Source of the DNA: Macrostomum lignano
Taxonomy: Eukaryota
NCBI GenBank assembly: GCA_002269645.1
Contig: NIVC01000446.1
Coordinates: forward strand, 124,001-188,000
Direction: 5' to 3'
DNA length: 64,000 nucleotides
Positions 44,429 to 56,742 of this stretch are shown in pieces. The notes beneath the pieces were generated by a model. It searched no databases, was not told the origin of the DNA, and was given only the letters and a program-made list of their open reading frames with translations. The position numbers and the translations under genes were made by a program. The stretch's first letter is position 1. Each line of letters starts with the position of its first letter.

Positions 44429-47025
44429 CATCTATCTATCTGTCTATCTATCTATCTATCTATCTATCCATCTATCTATCTGTCTATCTATCTATCTATC
44501 TATCTATCTATCCATCCATCTATCTTTCTATTTATCTATCTATCTATCTATCTCCCACCCGCAGGCAAGAAGGTGCTATTTGAGCAGGAGGAAGTGAAGC
44601 AGATGCGCCGCCTAGCCGAGACGGGCCTGAGCCTTATCGCTTTCTATCCCATGTCCGCCATGAAGTCGCACTACCACATTGGCCCAGCCTCCTTCATCTA
44701 TCCGGACGAAGTTGCCGCCCAGGGCAGCGTCTGCCTGTTCACTGGCCTACTTAAGGCCTGCCTAGACAAAAACCGATTTGCTCTGTGTTCTTACACGCCC
44801 AGATCCAACGCTGTCACCAGCCTGGTGGCTCTGCTGCCCCAGGCCGAGGTGCGCGACCCAGACACTGGGGCCCAGTCGGTGCCGCCCGGCTTCCACCTGG
44901 TTCACCTTCCGTTTGCTGACGATTTTCGTAAATTAACATTCGATCAAGAAGCCGACGAGTTACGGAAATGCCAGGCCGCTGAGGAGGAGCTGAAATTGGC
45001 TGGCGCTCTAATTGAGCGGACCGTGGCGGACAAGTGGAGCCCGGAGATGCACTGCAACCCGGCGCTGCAGGCCTACCAGTCGCAGCTGGAGGCCATCGCT
45101 CTGGACAAGGCCGAGCCCCGTCAGTTCACGGATACCACACGGATGAGTGAGAGAGACATCGCCCACTCTGCTAAGGCTGTGGATCGCTTTCTAAAGGTCA
45201 GAGTGATTTGCTGCTTGTTGGTCACCAGCCTTTAAGATTCTCAGTTGCTGTGCCAGCCTCCCAGATCCTCAGTTGCTGGGCCAGCCTCCCAGATCATCAG
45301 TTGCTGGGCCACTAGCCTCCTAGATCCTCAGTTGCTGGGCCACTAGCCTCCTAGATCCTCAGTTGCTGGGCCACTAGCCTCCTAGATCCTCAGTTGCTGG
45401 GCCAGCCTCCAGGTCCTCCGTTTCTGGGCCACCAGCCTCCCAGATCCTCAGTTGCTGGGCCAGCCTCCCAGATCCTCAGTTGCTGGGCCAGCCTCCCAGA
45501 TCCTCAGTTGCTGGGCCACTAGCCTCCTAGATCCTCAGTTGCTGGGCCACTAGCCTCCTAGATCCTCAGTTGCTGGGCCAGCCTCCAGATCCTCCGTTTC
45601 TGGGCCACCAGCCTCCCAGATCCTCAGTTGCTGGGCCAGCCTCCCAGATCCTCAGTTGCTGGGCCAGCCTCCCAGATCCTCAGTTGCTGGGCCAGCCTCC
45701 CAGATCCTCAGTTGCTGGGCCAGCCTCCCAGATCCTCAGTTGCTGGGCCACCAGCCTCCCAGATCCTCAGTTGCTGGGCCAGCCTCCCAGATCCTCAGTT
45801 GCTGGGCCAGCCTCCCAGATCCTCAGTTGCTGGGCCAGCCTCCCAGATCATCAGTTGCTGGGCCACTAGCCTCCTAGATCCTCAGTTGCTGGGCCACTAG
45901 CCTCCTAGATCCTCAGTTGCTGGGCCACTAGCCTCCTAGATCCTCAGTTGCTGGGCCAGCCTCCAGATCCTCCGTTTCTGGGCCACCAGCCTCCCAGATC
46001 CTCAGTTGCTGGGCCAGCCTCCAGATCCTCCGTTTCTGGGCCACCAGCCTCCCAGATCCTCAGTTGCTGGGCCAGCCTCCCAGATCCTCAGTTGCTGGGC
46101 CACTAGCCTCCTAGATCCTCAGTTGCTGGGCCACTAGCCTCCTAGATCCTCAGTTGCTGGGCCAGCCTCCAGATCCTCCGTTTCTGGGCCACCAGCCTCC
46201 CAGATCCTCAGTTGCTGGGCCAGCCTCCCAGATCCTCAGTTGCTGGGCCAGCCTCCCAGATCCTCAGTTGCTGGGCCAGCCTCCCAGATCCTCAGTTGCT
46301 GGGCCAGCCTCCCAGATCCTCAGTTGCTGGGCCACCAGCCTCCCAGATCCTCAGTTGCTGGGCCAGCCTCCCAGATCCTCAGTTGCTGGGCCAGCCTCCC
46401 AGATCCTCAGTTGCTGGGCCAGCCTCCCAGATCCTCAGTTGCTGGGCCAGCCTCCCAGATCCTCAGTTGCTGGGCCAGCCTCCCAGATCCTCAGTTGCTG
46501 GGCCAGCCTCCCAGATCCTCAGTTGCTGGGCCACCAGCCTCCCAGATCCTCAGTTGCTGGGCCAGCCTCCCAGATCCTCAGTTGCTGGGCCAGCCTTCCA
46601 GATCCTCAGTTGCTGGGCCAGCCTCCCAGATCCTCAGTTGCTGGGCCACCATCGCCGCCCTTTCAGTCGCATCTTTATTAAGCAAAATTTTAATTAGTAT
46701 ATAATGCGAGTGATAAAAATCGCACGTCTCTACTTACAGTACGAAAGTTAGTGTAAGTAGCTATTCAAAAACGCAAATGTATTATGGAATTATTCAGGCA
46801 TTCGACATTCGCAAACGCAGCGAAGGCGGCATCGGCAATGCGGCAGCTAAACGGGCCAGAGTTATTGACGCAGCCAACGACATCGAGGCGGAGGCCCGGG
46901 CTGGCCAGCTTGCTAAACTGACTGTCCCAGTGCTGAAAGAGGCTGCCAATGGGTTGCGTTTAAAACCGGCTAGCCAACGTAAACAGGATCTCATCAATGC
47001 TATTAATGCTCATTTCGGCCTGTGA
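40557..47025 (+). CDS. XRCC6: Ku70, 5 exons, ~609 aa
   Basis: Exons 40557-40976, 41970-42241, 43397-43674, 44565-45196, 46798-47025 join in frame. vWA domain ([31 protein letters not shown]), beta-barrel ([26 protein letters not shown]), NPALQ, and C-terminal SAP domain ([17 protein letters not shown]). Confidence 0.96.
41025..41940. repeat. 20-bp minisatellite, Ku70 intron 1
   Basis: CAGGTGAGATTTTAGTGCCA. Confidence 0.96.
42268..43342. repeat. 31-bp minisatellite, Ku70 intron 2
   Basis: GAGAATCGCCAATCACCTAGCAATTCCCTTT. Confidence 0.96.
43685..44552. repeat. (TCTG)n/(TCTA)n microsatellite, Ku70 intron 3
   Basis: Directly visible. Confidence 0.97.
45222..46650. repeat. 28-bp minisatellite, Ku70 intron 4
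   Basis: CCAGCCTCCCAGATCCTCAGTTGCTGGG with +3-bp variants. Confidence 0.97.
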
Positions 47026-47369
47026 GCAATCATATTTTGATTGACTGATCTGACAATTTAAGTATGCATCTACCGTATTTGAATAGTCCTATCTAGTTTT
47101 TTATTCAGCACCGTTCACTGACTAAATAGTGAATCACATTCTATCTTAGTTTGTGTAGTTATTTTTTATTTTTTATTCACCTAGCTCGTACAAGTTGCGT
47201 ACTTTTTCGATACTGTATACCAAAATACACTCTTATTGTGACGTTTGTTCTTTATTGCTAAATTGATTCCTGTTTTCTTATTTAGGTAATGAATTAAAAA
47301 AATCAGTAATCCAAGTTAGCATTGGCAAGATTTTTGGCATTGTACCTGTCAGTTGTACCTGTTCAGGTG

Positions 47370-47371
47370 TA

Positions 47372-47408
<37 letters not shown>

Positions 47409-47411
47409 GCC

Positions 47412-47468
<57 letters not shown>

Positions 47469-47495
47469 TAGTATCTGTCTGTCTGTCTGTCTGCC

Positions 47496-47539
<44 letters not shown>

Positions 47540-47655
47540 CTTCTGTCTGTCTGTCTGTCTGTCCTTCTGTCTGTCTGTCTGTCTGTATGTCTGTCTGTCT
47601 GTCTGTCTGTCTGTCTTCATTCTGTCTGTCTATATGTCTGTCTGTCTGTCTGCTA
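47370..47655. repeat. (TCTG)n microsatellite between Ku70 and DDX11
   Basis: Directly visible. Confidence 0.96.
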
Positions 47656-47987
47656 TCATCTATTTTCTATTACGTATTAATATACTTATCCATACAACCT
47701 CAGTCAAGACGATTCTATTCTAGCAGGAAGCACAAGATACAGTTTAGTGAGCGCAATAAGAAAATGAAAAATCTCTGATTTCAAGTTAGTATTGCCAGTT
47801 TAGTGTTCTTTTGGCACTGATAAAGTCTGATTTTTATAACCAATGATTGGATAAATAACTTTTTTATGATCTAAACAAAGAAACTTCAAGGTGATATAAT
47901 CACCAGCATTTAACTTATTTATTTTTTTCATATAGAGGATAACATAAAAGTCCTAAGGAAGCCATTAGTAAAAGTTATTAAAACAAG

Positions 47988-50900
47988 ATGACGGCCGAAA
48001 AGATTGATGAATTCTTTAATGATGTCGAGGGAGACGAACTTTTTGCTTCCATTGATCTAGATGCGGTGATCCAGTGTGCAACAGCAAAGCAACCTGTTGA
48101 GACAAGCACTGCAACAGAGAAGACTCCTGTTGGTATGAGAACTGCAACAGAGAAGACTCCTGTTGGTATGAGAACTGCAACAGAGAAGACTCCTGTTGGT
48201 ATGAGAACTGCAACAGAGAAGACTCCTGTTGGTATGAGAACTGCAACAGAGAAGACTCCTGTTGGTATGAGAACTGCAACAGAGAAGACTCCTGTTGGTA
48301 TGAGAACTGCAACAGAGAAGACTCCTGTTGGTATGAGAACTGCAACAGAGAAGACTCCTGTTGGTATGAGAACTGCAACAGAGAAGACTCCTGTTGGTAT
48401 GAGAACTGCAACAGAGAAGACTCCTGTTGGTATGAGAACTGCAACAGAGAAGACTCCTGTTGGTATGAGAACTGCAACAGAGAAGACTCCTGTTGGTATG
48501 AAAACTGCAACAGAGAAGACTCCTGTTGGTATGAGAACTGCAACAGAGAAGACTCCTGTTGGTATGAGAACTGCAACAGAGAAGACTCCTGTTGGTATGA
48601 GAACTGCAACAGAGAAGACTCCTGTTGGTATGAGAACTGCAACAGAGAAGACTCCTGTTGGTATGAGAACTGCAACAGAGAAGACTCCTGTTGGTATGAG
48701 AACTGCAACAGAGAAGACTCCTGTTGGTATGAGAACTGCAACAGAGAAGACTCCTGTTGGTATGAGAACTGCAACAGAGAAGACTCCTGTTGGTATGAGA
48801 ACTGCAACAGAGAAGACTCCTGTTGGTATGAGAACTGCAACAGAGAAGACTCCTGTTGGTATGAGAACTGCAACAGAGAAGACTCCTGTTGAAGAAAGAA
48901 GTGCAACGGACAAGAAAATAGCTGTGTTAAAAACAGATACTGATCAGTCACAATCGTTGGTACCGAACTCAACCCGTCGTGAGTTCGATTTCCCTTTCGA
49001 GCCTTATCCAATCCAATTGCAATTGATGCGTCGGCTTCACGCAACCCTTTCTGGTGGTCAACGAGCAGGAATTTTTGAGTCGCCAACCGGAACAGGAAAA
49101 AGTCTCAGCTTGTTGTGCGCTTGTCTTACCTGGCTTAACGAAGAGTATGAGAGGTGAAAATTTTCAGTTGCTTGAAGTACTGTAATAGCCTTAAGAAATA
49201 ATGGCTAGTATCTTGAAAGCAAGTTTTATTTAACGAAGATCAAGACAACTTGAAATTATACAGAAAAATTCCAAAACTGGTTGGCGATCACTAAATATAT
49301 ACACTCTGAAACATTGAAAAGTTTCCACCCTAGCGCGCGCGAAGGGTCAACGTTTTGGTGGGTGGAGATATTCGTGGTTTGAGCCATAGACAAATATATA
49401 ATCCGGATTCGAACGAAGCAAAGGAACAGCAAAGAAACAAAGTACGCGAGCATGGGTGACAACTTGCCCAGAACAGGGTCAGTAACGCGTATAGCAGCCA
49501 CGTGCGTGCAGCAGAGCGCTCACTCTCCGGGGCATCCCCAGAACCAGGCGTCGCAGAAAATCTTGCGGTAGTTGTTGCCATGCAGTAGACAGTGATTCGC
49601 GCAGTTGGGCAACGTTTTGCGGCGGATTGTCGTGCCGAATGGAGCGCTTCAGGTAATCCCAAACGTGCTCTATAGGATTCATGTCCGGTGATCGGGACGG
49701 CCAGCGCAAGGTTCGCAGGTGCAGCAGCTCCTTCAGATGCGCCACAGCGGCTTTGCGATGCGGTGGGGCGTTTTTCGTCTTGGAGGACGCTGTTCCCACG
49801 CCACCACATGAAGCATCAATGACACAAGTGCGTGTTGACGAAATCATCAATCGTCTATGGCACAAGTCCGGCGACAAAAACCAGTTTTGAAACTTTAAAT
49901 ATACACGGCTGGCGAGAGGTTGGAAACTTCAATGTTGCTGAGTTGCTGAGAGTATTCTAGGAAGTTGATATGAAGTAACTAGAACAATAAAAACAACAAA
50001 TTTTGGAACAACTTTGTGTTGTTAACGATGTACCTCTAAAAATAAAGGTTGTAGTTTTAGTTATCCTACTCGTATTGAAAAGTGGTTGAAAGGCACAGTA
50101 AGCACACCAGCTGAGAATGTCTATGGCCAAAAGACCACTAACTCAGAGTGTGCTAAACGCGTTTCTCGCCCACCGAGACTTGGTGCTATGTTAAATACAA
50201 CACTAACATGGATTGACTGTCTCGTACGTATCTCGACTTAAAAAAATTGCCGCAAGATTACCCCTATGAGTACTCACTCTCAAAGTGCTACTGCAAAATT
50301 GGTAGCTTTTGAAGAATTTTTTAAGCCTGTCAATAGTTTAAAAATGCCCGCGACTAGACAATTCAATTGCGGAAACTTAATCATGATTTATTATTGGGCG
50401 AGAAGTTACATGTACACTGTACAGAAAGTATTCGAGTGAGTTTAACTGGCGTGAGTCAACCCCGAGGCTATCTCGTACCCCCCCCCCCCCCAATTACGTA
50501 TTGTCGCTAGAGACGCTAGCTATTTCTTACTGTTATTGTAATAAGCACTGATAAGTTGATTATTATTCCAAGATAATAGCCACTAGTTCTTGGATTTTAA
50601 ACTTCTCGATACAAATGGTTTGAGTTTTATTAAAAAGTTTAATAATCCTTCTTTAAATGCTCGCAGACAGAAGCTCAGCTTGTCAAGTTTAACTGCGGAA
50701 TTGAATCCGGATTCCGTGGAATCCAGCTCCACCGCTTCGCCCGACGCTTGGATCGCAGAGTTTGCGGCCAAGCGCCAGCGTCAGCGCCAAAACGATGCCG
50801 AACGCGCCAAATTAGAAGCGCGTGAGAAAGCTTTGCAAAAATTGGAGAAAATTCGATCTGGCGAATCGGACGAAGAAGCTGACTTGGAAGATCGCATTGA

Positions 50901-53900
50901 CGAAGAAATTGACAGTGTCGAAGAATCGACTGCCGTAGAGCCGACAAAGATTTTGTTTGCCTCGAGGACTCATTCGCAGTTGTCGCAAATTCGTAAGGAG
51001 TTTAGTCGTACGGTGCATGCCAATAAGCTGTCGGCTGTTAGTCTGGCAGCTCGCAACTGTTTATGCGTCAATTCGGATGTTACGGCTCTTGGCGCCTCGG
51101 CTCTTATTAATGAGAGATGCTTGGAATTGAGAAGGAAATCGTCCGGAAACAAGGCTGGTGCGTGAAAGCTTAAGCTTGTCAATTAACGGGGAAGCGACTT
51201 TCCTTCATGGTTTTGCTTTATTAAAGTAACCGAGTCAAAAGGGTGTCTATTTATTTGAAGTCTTCCTTTTTAAAGTGGACAAAGACTAGATTCTTCGGAT
51301 TCGCTAAATTGACAAAGACTTGATGTTTCATACATGTCTTTTCTTCCTAAAAGTGACAAACAGCTCATTCTTCATTCCAATTCTTTATGAAAAGATCTAC
51401 CTTTATGACAAAGCCGTGATGCTTCACACCAGTCCTACTCCCTGAGTGACAAAGACCTAATGTTTCAAACCAGTCCTACCCCCATAGAGTGACAAAGACC
51501 TAATGCTTCACACCAGTCCTACTCCCATAGAGTGACAAAGACCTGTTGCTTCATTCCTATTCATTATAACCACTAATTCAAGTAGTAATGCTAGATTTCC
51601 GGCTTATTTTTTTTCTTCCTCACAGAACCCGGCAAAGAAAATCGAGGTGACAAATCGCCTCCCGCTAAACGAGCTCGCGTCGCTAAAGACGACTGCGGCT
51701 GCGGCGGTGGCGGCGGGTGTCCCTATTATCGACGCTCCGCCATAGACAGTCTGGCTCGCGAGGCTCTACGGGGCCCCCCGTTAGACATTGAAGATCTGGC
51801 CAGATTGGGCCGCGAGCGGCGCGCCTGTCCATATTACGCAGCGCGCCGGGCCGCTCCGCTAGCCCAGCTGTTGTTGCTACCCTACCAGACTTTGCTACAT
51901 CGGGGCACAAGAGCAGCAACCGGATTAAATCTGCGCGGTCACGTCCTTGTGATTGACGAGGCGCACAACCTATTAGAGACTCTAGCGGGTGTGCACAGCG
52001 TCTGTTTGACTGTCGGACATCTGCGCTTGGCTGTCGATCAATTAGCCGAATACGAGGCGCGATATCTTAGTCGTTTAGCACCTCAGAATCTGCTGATGGT
52101 GCGGCGTGCTCGACTGGTTGCTAAGCAGTTGTTGGCCGCTGTAGATGGTGACGTTTCTAAAACTGCCGCTCGTACTTCCTGTTCGACTGTTGTTTCTTCC
52201 GGTTCTCCTGATCAAAGTCTTGCTTTTGCTAAAGGTACTCCCAGTTCTAAAGTTGGCACTTCCTGTTCAAATATCGGCACTTATGATTCTAAAATCGGCA
52301 TTTTCGGCTCTAAAGTTGGTACTTCCGGCTCTAAAGTTGGTGCTTCCGGTTCAAATATCGGCACTTCCGGTTCTAAAGTAGGCATTTCCGGCTCTAAAGT
52401 TGGTGCTTTCGGTTTAAATATCGGCACTTCCGGTTCTAAAGTAGGCATTTCCGGCTCTAAAGTTGGTGCTTCCGGTTCAAATATCGGCACTTCCAGTTCT
52501 TCTACTACAGCCGACTCCACTTGCGTCAAGGTATTTGGCGTCACGGAGTTCCACCTGCACTGCGGCATCGACAATGTAGACGTGCCAGATCTGCTGCGCC
52601 GATTGAAAGAGGCTCGCCTGTCGAGGAAAGTCGGCGATGGTGGTGCTGGAGGTTCAAAAAAGGGCGTCGTAGTAGGCGGCGGTAGCGGCTCTGGGGAAGG
52701 CAAACAGGCGCCTTTATTGCAAATGCAGGTTGGTTATTTACCACAATCAGTATGGATCGATCAGCCTTCGATACCACTTGTCATTATTGGGTCCTAATCC
52801 CAGCTTTTATATCAGATCTACCGACTATATTCCAATGAGATGGCCAATTCTGTCACGACTAATAGGAACAACCAATATCTAGGCATGTCCCTATAATCAG
52901 CTTATGATCAAATCCTCTGCTTATGACCCTACAGTCAGCTTATGACCCAATCCTCCGCTTATGACCAAATCCTCTGCTTATGAAACTACAGTCAGCTTAT
53001 GACCCAATCCTCAGTTTATGACCCGATCCTCAGCTTATGACCCAAGTCCTCAACTTATGGCCAAAATCCTCAGTTTATGACTTAAATCCTCAACTTATGA
53101 CCCAAATCCTCAACTTATGACCCAAATCCTCAGCTTATGACCTAATAATCTATTTATAACCTAAATCCTCAACTTATGACCCAATAATCATTTTATGACC
53201 TAAATCCTGTGCTTATGACCCAATTCCCTAGCTTTTGACCTAAATCCTCAGCTTGTGACCTAAATCCTCAGCTTGTGACCCAATAATCAGTTTATGGCCA
53301 AATAATCTACTTATGACCCAATAATGAGCCCATGAACAACTCTCCAATTTCTTCTATTCAACAACCAGGCCTTCCTATCCGCTCTGCTCAGCGCAGACGA
53401 TGACGGGCGAGTCCTGCTTCAGCCGGGCGCCCACCTGAAGTACCTCCTACTGAATCCCGCTTCGCATTTCGCCGAAGTTGTTCAACAATCGCGTTGCGTC
53501 ATCCTTGCCGGCGGTACAATGCGACCGGTGGATGATCTCATCACCCAGCTGTTCGTGCCCGCTGGCTGCAGTCAGGTCTGTGGGGATTTTTCATTTCTAT
53601 TGGCTGGTGAATATTAGTGTCTGCGTTGATAGAGTGAAGGTCTGTGAGATAGAGATTAAGTGAGTGAGAATATGGTCTATGTTACTGGGATGTGAACTTA
53701 AGCTCCAGAATGGAGCTCGAATGAGGCCAGCAGACCAAACCGACTGGAATCGATAGCTTGTCAGTCCAGATGACTACAAACGCTGACACATCCCACCCGA
53801 GTCTATTCTACTGGGTCGTGGGGAAGAAATGGGATAAATGGGGATTTCATGTGAACTTTAGGCTCTAGAGTTTATCTCAAGGACGCGCAGTGTTATGCAG

Positions 53901-55904
53901 CCCTTAAGCCATGTTAAGGATAGTGATTATTTTGGAAACCAAGAAGCGAGTCAATGGCCCTCACATTTCAGTTTTTGGTTTAGGCCGCGACTTTTTTACG
54001 GTCTAATTGCCTAAGACCATAAGGTGCCATAAGCGCCACTCGGGCTGGCGGGTGGGGAAGCGGTCGCCCCCCCCCCCCACCTTAGGAGGCGACCCGCAAA
54101 AATGGTTCGGGAGGACCAATCGAATTTTCGCAAAAATCCAAGCCCACCTTACTCCACCCTCCCTCTGCATCTTTAAAATCAGCGTCTGGCATAAAATCGA
54201 TGACATGAGGATTGACTCAGGTTGAAATCCATTCGTTAAGAGTAAGGGCCAAATGTCCAGACGGTTATAGTCATCTGGTCCGACAAGTTATCGATTCCAG
54301 TCGGTTTGGTCTGCTGGCCTCATTCGAGCTCCATTCTGGAGCTTCAGTTCACATCCCCTTTGTACTGAATTAAAACTTGCACTTCTAACTTTTCTTAATC
54401 AACTAATCCAGGTAGAGCAGTTCTCATGCGGTCACGTGGTTGACAAGCGGAACGTGCTAGCGTTAGTTGTCGATCGCTACGACAGCAGCAGCAACGCTGG
54501 ACACCAGTTGTGCTTCACTCAGTCTGCCAAAAACCAGCCAGATCTATTAACAGCCGCAGGCGACGCCCTAGTCGACCTGTTGTCGGCCGTCCCATCCGGA
54601 GCCGTTGTGTTCTTCCCGTCGCACGATTGGGAATCGGCCGTCCATAGTCGCTGGCAGTCGGACGGCCGGTTGGCTCGTCTGTGCCACCGGAAGCGCCTGT
54701 TCCGGGAGCCTCGGGCTGCTGCCGAGGTCGAACCGCTGTTGCAGCGTTACCAGACTGCCGCCGTGACAGCTGGCGGCGCCATCCTCTTTGCCGTGGTTGG
54801 CGGCCGACTGTCCGAGGGTATCAATTTTGCTGACGACTTTGGTCGGTGCGTTGTTATGCTGGGGATGCCCTATCCTAATAAGGGCTCGCCTGAGCTGATT
54901 GAGACTATGGCCTATCTGTCTGACAGGTGGGTAGTTGGTTGATTGATTCGATTCGGGATGATTTTCATTGCTTTATCCTCATTATTGATTTTGCTTTCTT
55001 TATTATTTTACCACTCTTATCCTTCGCCCTCCCTCTTCCCTCACCCTCTCCCTCTCCTCACCCTCTCTCCTCTCGCCACCTCCCTCTCTCCCCTCACCCT
55101 CTCCTCCCTCCCCACTCTCACATCTCTTACCTCTTCTCTTAGCCTCCCTCCCTCCCCTCTACTCTCGCATCCTTTCTTTTATCTCCCATCCCTTCTCCCC
55201 TTACTCTCCTCCATATCTCCTTCCTCCCACTTCTCTCCATTGCTTCGCTTAGTTTTGCTTTGCTATTTATCCTCATTTCCACCCAGTTTCTACCGCTGCG
55301 ATTGGTTACAGGTTGGTCACTGGGGATTTGTCATAGTTGCTAGCATCTGTTACAAGAATTGCACACGAATGGAGATTGTAGCATAATGGTTAGAGCGTCG
55401 GACTCTTGACTGAAAGGTCGGGGGTTCGATTCTCGATTTTCACTTGGAACAATTTGTGTCCTTGAGCAAGAGACACTTAACTCTGCATTGCTTCAGTTCA
55501 CGCAGCTGTAAAATGGGTGCCAGATTTAGCTGGGGTAATTGAGAGTGTGCAGCTGAGCTGTCGGTTGTACATCTGGCCCAATTAGGGCAGGTGTAATAAA
55601 AAAATACACTAATCTGAAATCACCAACAACCCCCCCCCTCCCCAGATTCGGTCCGAACGCCGGTCGCGCCCACTACGAGAGCCTGTGCATGCGAGCTGTC
55701 AATCAGTGCATCGGTCGGGCTATTCGTCACAAATCAGATTACGCAGCCATAGTATTGCTGGATAGTCGCTACTCTCGGCCAGCTGTCCGAGCTAAACTGC
55801 CCGATTGGATTGGCCAATCGCTGTTGCCAAGGCCGCTGAATTCGAGTCTGGCTGTGAAAACATTGACCGAATTCTTTGCCGCTAAGCAGGCTGAGAGTGT
55901 TTGA
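47988..55904 (+). CDS. DDX11: Fe-S DNA helicase DDX11/ChlR1
   Basis: Exons 47988-49153, 50667-51157, 51626-52728, 53369-53575, 54412-54926, 55646-55904. Q motif FPFEPYPIQ, Walker [19 protein letters not shown], four Fe-S Cys (LCVN, INERC, CPYY twice), [35 protein letters not shown]. 1246 aa with both repeat arrays, 906 aa if both are spliced out. Confidence 0.95.
48108..48890 (+). repeat. 33-bp in-frame tandem repeat ([11 protein letters not shown]; 23 full units plus a partial) in DDX11 exon 1
   Basis: ACTGCAACAGAGAAGACTCCTGTTGGTATGAGA; near-identical copies. Confidence 0.98.
49479..49877 (-). mobile_element. Tc1/mariner transposase C-terminal remnant in DDX11 intron 1
   Basis: [40 protein letters not shown] is the Tc1 signature. 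The QDNAPPH motif appears frameshifted and the N-terminus is absent. Confidence 0.85.
51345..51560. repeat. ~43-bp tandem repeat, DDX11 intron 2
   Basis: GACAAAGACCTAATGCTTCACACCAGTCCTACTCCCATAGAGT variants. Confidence 0.8.
52235..52500 (+). repeat. 21-bp in-frame repeat ([14 protein letters not shown]) in DDX11 exon 3
   Basis: GGCACTTCCGGTTCTAAAGTT variants. Confidence 0.92.
52895..53335. repeat. ~20-bp minisatellite, DDX11 intron 3
   Basis: CTTATGACCCAAATCCTCAG. Confidence 0.9.
53687..54357. mobile_element. Non-autonomous TIR element (MITE) in DDX11 intron 4
   Basis: 53687-53776 and 54268-54357 are 90-bp inverted repeats with only a few mismatches; no TSD recognised. Confidence 0.8.
55371..55595 (+). 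mobile_element. tRNA-derived SINE family 2 with CORE-like central domain
   Basis: A box at 55379, B box GGTTCGATTCT at 55423, then TGTGTCCTTGAGCAAG..CACTTAAC..CAGCTGTAAAATGGG. Confidence 0.75.
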
Positions 55905-56742
55905 TGTTTCTGTGGTAGATTATAGGACTGCTGCTACAGTGAGGGGATGGATGGGTCTTGACGCTTTTTTGAAAGCCTGGTTTAGACTTTAATTTGCCTA
56001 TTTAAAGTTGTTATTGGTTTCTAGAATTACAGAATCTCAACTATCACTTACGTACTAAATTTTTAGTATAGTGGACTAGCATCAGCGCCGCCCCGTTGGG
56101 GCGGCAACAAAATAAAGGGGAATAACAATTTAGAAGACAAAGATTTTAACTTTGTACAGGCACTATTGTTAATGTGTTAAAGGAAATGATGTTCTCAGCA
56201 TTTTTCCGCCTGTCTCTGTAGTGCATTTTTCTAGACCAAATTTTTCTATGGCCAAACCCCATCCAGGGCTATGCATCAATTTTTTAAACACCCTTATTTA
56301 TTTCGGCATTTCTCCACAAGTCTAAAGACTGTTGAAAGCAATGCAATGCAATTCAGTTAGGTCTTTTCTTGTTTGAAATACATCGATATAACAAAACGTT
56401 ATGCATATATTAATATATTCACAAGGTTTTGGTTCACTAAATGTCTCTTTATTGTTTATTTATTTTATATAAATTTTAAAGCTAGTGTAACTTTCATTAG
56501 TGGCCTTTTGTGTTTTTGTGAGCCTTCGAGTGAGTCTATTGAGTCGTCGAGTTTGTGTGAAATCGTTAGAATTTGTGTGAATATATCGTTTGGATTTGTG
56601 TGAACAAACATCGGTTGGGTTTGGATTTGTGTGAACATATCGTGCGAGTTTTTATATTAGTACTTTTGTCCAAATTAGGTCTCTCTAAAGTCGGTCCAAT
56701 TTATTTTACATTTTCATAATTTTTGCTGTTGGAAATAAATTC

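Noticed and set aside
45222-46650. 28-bp partly palindromic repeats resembling CRISPR
   Set aside because: No unique spacers, no cas genes, eukaryotic intron.
50573-50666. DDX11 exon 2 starting at earlier AGs (50572, 50579, 50586)
   Set aside because: Each gives an immediate or early stop in the required phase; 50666 is the consistent acceptor.
55371-55445. tRNA-Lys/Arg-like gene
   Set aside because: Poor acceptor stem, and it continues into a body repeated at 16845-17058, so it is a SINE head.
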